Source: Eledone cirrhosa
Taxonomy: Eukaryota
Reading direction: 5' to 3'
Length of the DNA: 64,000 nucleotides
NCBI GenBank assembly: GCA_964016885.1
Contig: OZ024746.1
Location: 52,886,001 to 52,950,000, forward strand
This document shows positions 63,481 to 64,000 of the stretch, piece by piece. Under the pieces are notes generated by a model, which saw only the letters and a list, made by a program, of their open reading frames with translations, did no database searches and was not told the origin of the DNA. Position 1 is the stretch's first letter. Every line of letters begins with the position of its first letter. A program made the position numbers and the translations under genes.

Positions 63481-64000
63481 GGTTGCTGTGATGGTAGTGT
63501 TGTTGTTGTTGTTATTGTAGATAGTGGTTTCTGTGATTGTAGTGTTGATGTTGTTATTGTAGTTAGAGATTGCTGAGATGGTAGTGTTGTTGTTGTTGTT
63601 ATTGGTTGCTGTGATGTTAGTGTTGTTGTTGTTATTGTAGTTAGTGGTTGTTGTGATGGTAATGTTGTTCTTGTTGTTATTGTAGTTAGTGTTCGTTGTG
63701 ATGGTAGTGTTGTTGTTGTTGTTGTAGTTAGTGGTTGATGTGATGTTAGTGTTGTTATTGTTATTGTAGTTAGTGGTTGCTGTGATGGTAGTGTTGTTGT
63801 TGTTATTGTAGTTAGTGTTTGCTGAGATGGTAGTGTTGTTGTTGTTTTTATTGTAGTTAGTGGTTGCTGAGATGGTAGTGTTGTTTTTGTTATTGTAGTT
63901 AGTGGTTTCTGTGATGGTAGTGTTGTTGTTGTTGTTATTGTAGTTAGTGGTTGCTGAGATGGTAGTGTTGTTGTTGTGGTTATTGTAGTTAGTGGTTGCT

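Larger units (their letters stand above)
1..64000. repeat. Tandem satellite/minisatellite array, 42/45-bp monomer ATTGTAGTTAGTGGTTGCTG(A/T)GATGGTAGT(GTT)4-5, about 1,450 head-to-tail copies; both window ends fall inside the array
   Basis: The monomer is readable on every line. The 30-bp core is ATT GTA GTT AGT GGT TGC TGA/TGT GAT GGT AGT, followed by 4 or 5 GTT (rarely 3, 6 or 7). Lines 241, 421 and 601 start identically (180 bp = 4 x 45). No non-repeat interruption was seen. Confidence 0.99.

Noticed and set aside
1-64000. CRISPR-like array (30-bp constant core with a variable interval)
   Set aside because: The intervals are only (GTT)4-5, not unique spacers. The core is not palindromic, and there is no leader or cas gene.
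1-64000. Canonical telomerase-made telomere tract
   Set aside because: There are no tandem TTAGG/TTAGGG runs, the unit is 42-45 bp, and private variants are propagated in kb-scale blocks, which indicates recombination or duplication rather than RNA-templated addition.
1-64000. TGA/TGT dimorphism as selenocysteine/cysteine or readthrough coding on the + strand (IVVSGC[C/*]DGSVVVV)
   Set aside because: The pattern is real, but roughly half the monomers carry TGA, some carry TAA, and frameshifts occur. There is no SECIS or other unique sequence. A simple A/T polymorphism explains it.
1-64000. G-quadruplex or hairpin-forming structural element
   Set aside because: The consensus has only GG dinucleotides (two per monomer, widely spaced) and no GGG runs. 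The near-absence of C and of inverted copies gives little intrastrand pairing.

Overview
The whole 64-kb window is one uninterrupted, single-orientation tandem array of satellite/minisatellite DNA. The monomer is ATTGTAGTTAGTGGTTGCTG(A/T)GATGGTAGT(GTT)4-5, i.e. 42 or 45 bp, giving roughly 1,450 copies (64,000 / ~44 bp). I saw no unique sequence, inversion, RNA gene, mobile element or convincing protein-coding gene. The + strand is extremely G/T-rich: the 45-bp consensus has 22 T, 16 G, 6 A, 1 C and no CpG. Monomer lengths are multiples of 3 and two of the three minus-strand frames are stop-free in the consensus (TTISATTNYNNNNN and LPSQQPLTTITTTT), which accounts for the listed ORFs without invoking genes. 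The real information is in rare variant monomers. They reveal nested higher-order repeats (132, 177, 351, 1729, ~3330, ~5256-5304 and ~6092-6137 bp), variant cassettes dispersed across tens of kb, regional variant domains, and alternating +1/-1 frameshift variants in the right third. The source is probably a eukaryotic genome (inference). Organism and function cannot be determined from this window, and I cannot support a claim of a new biological system.
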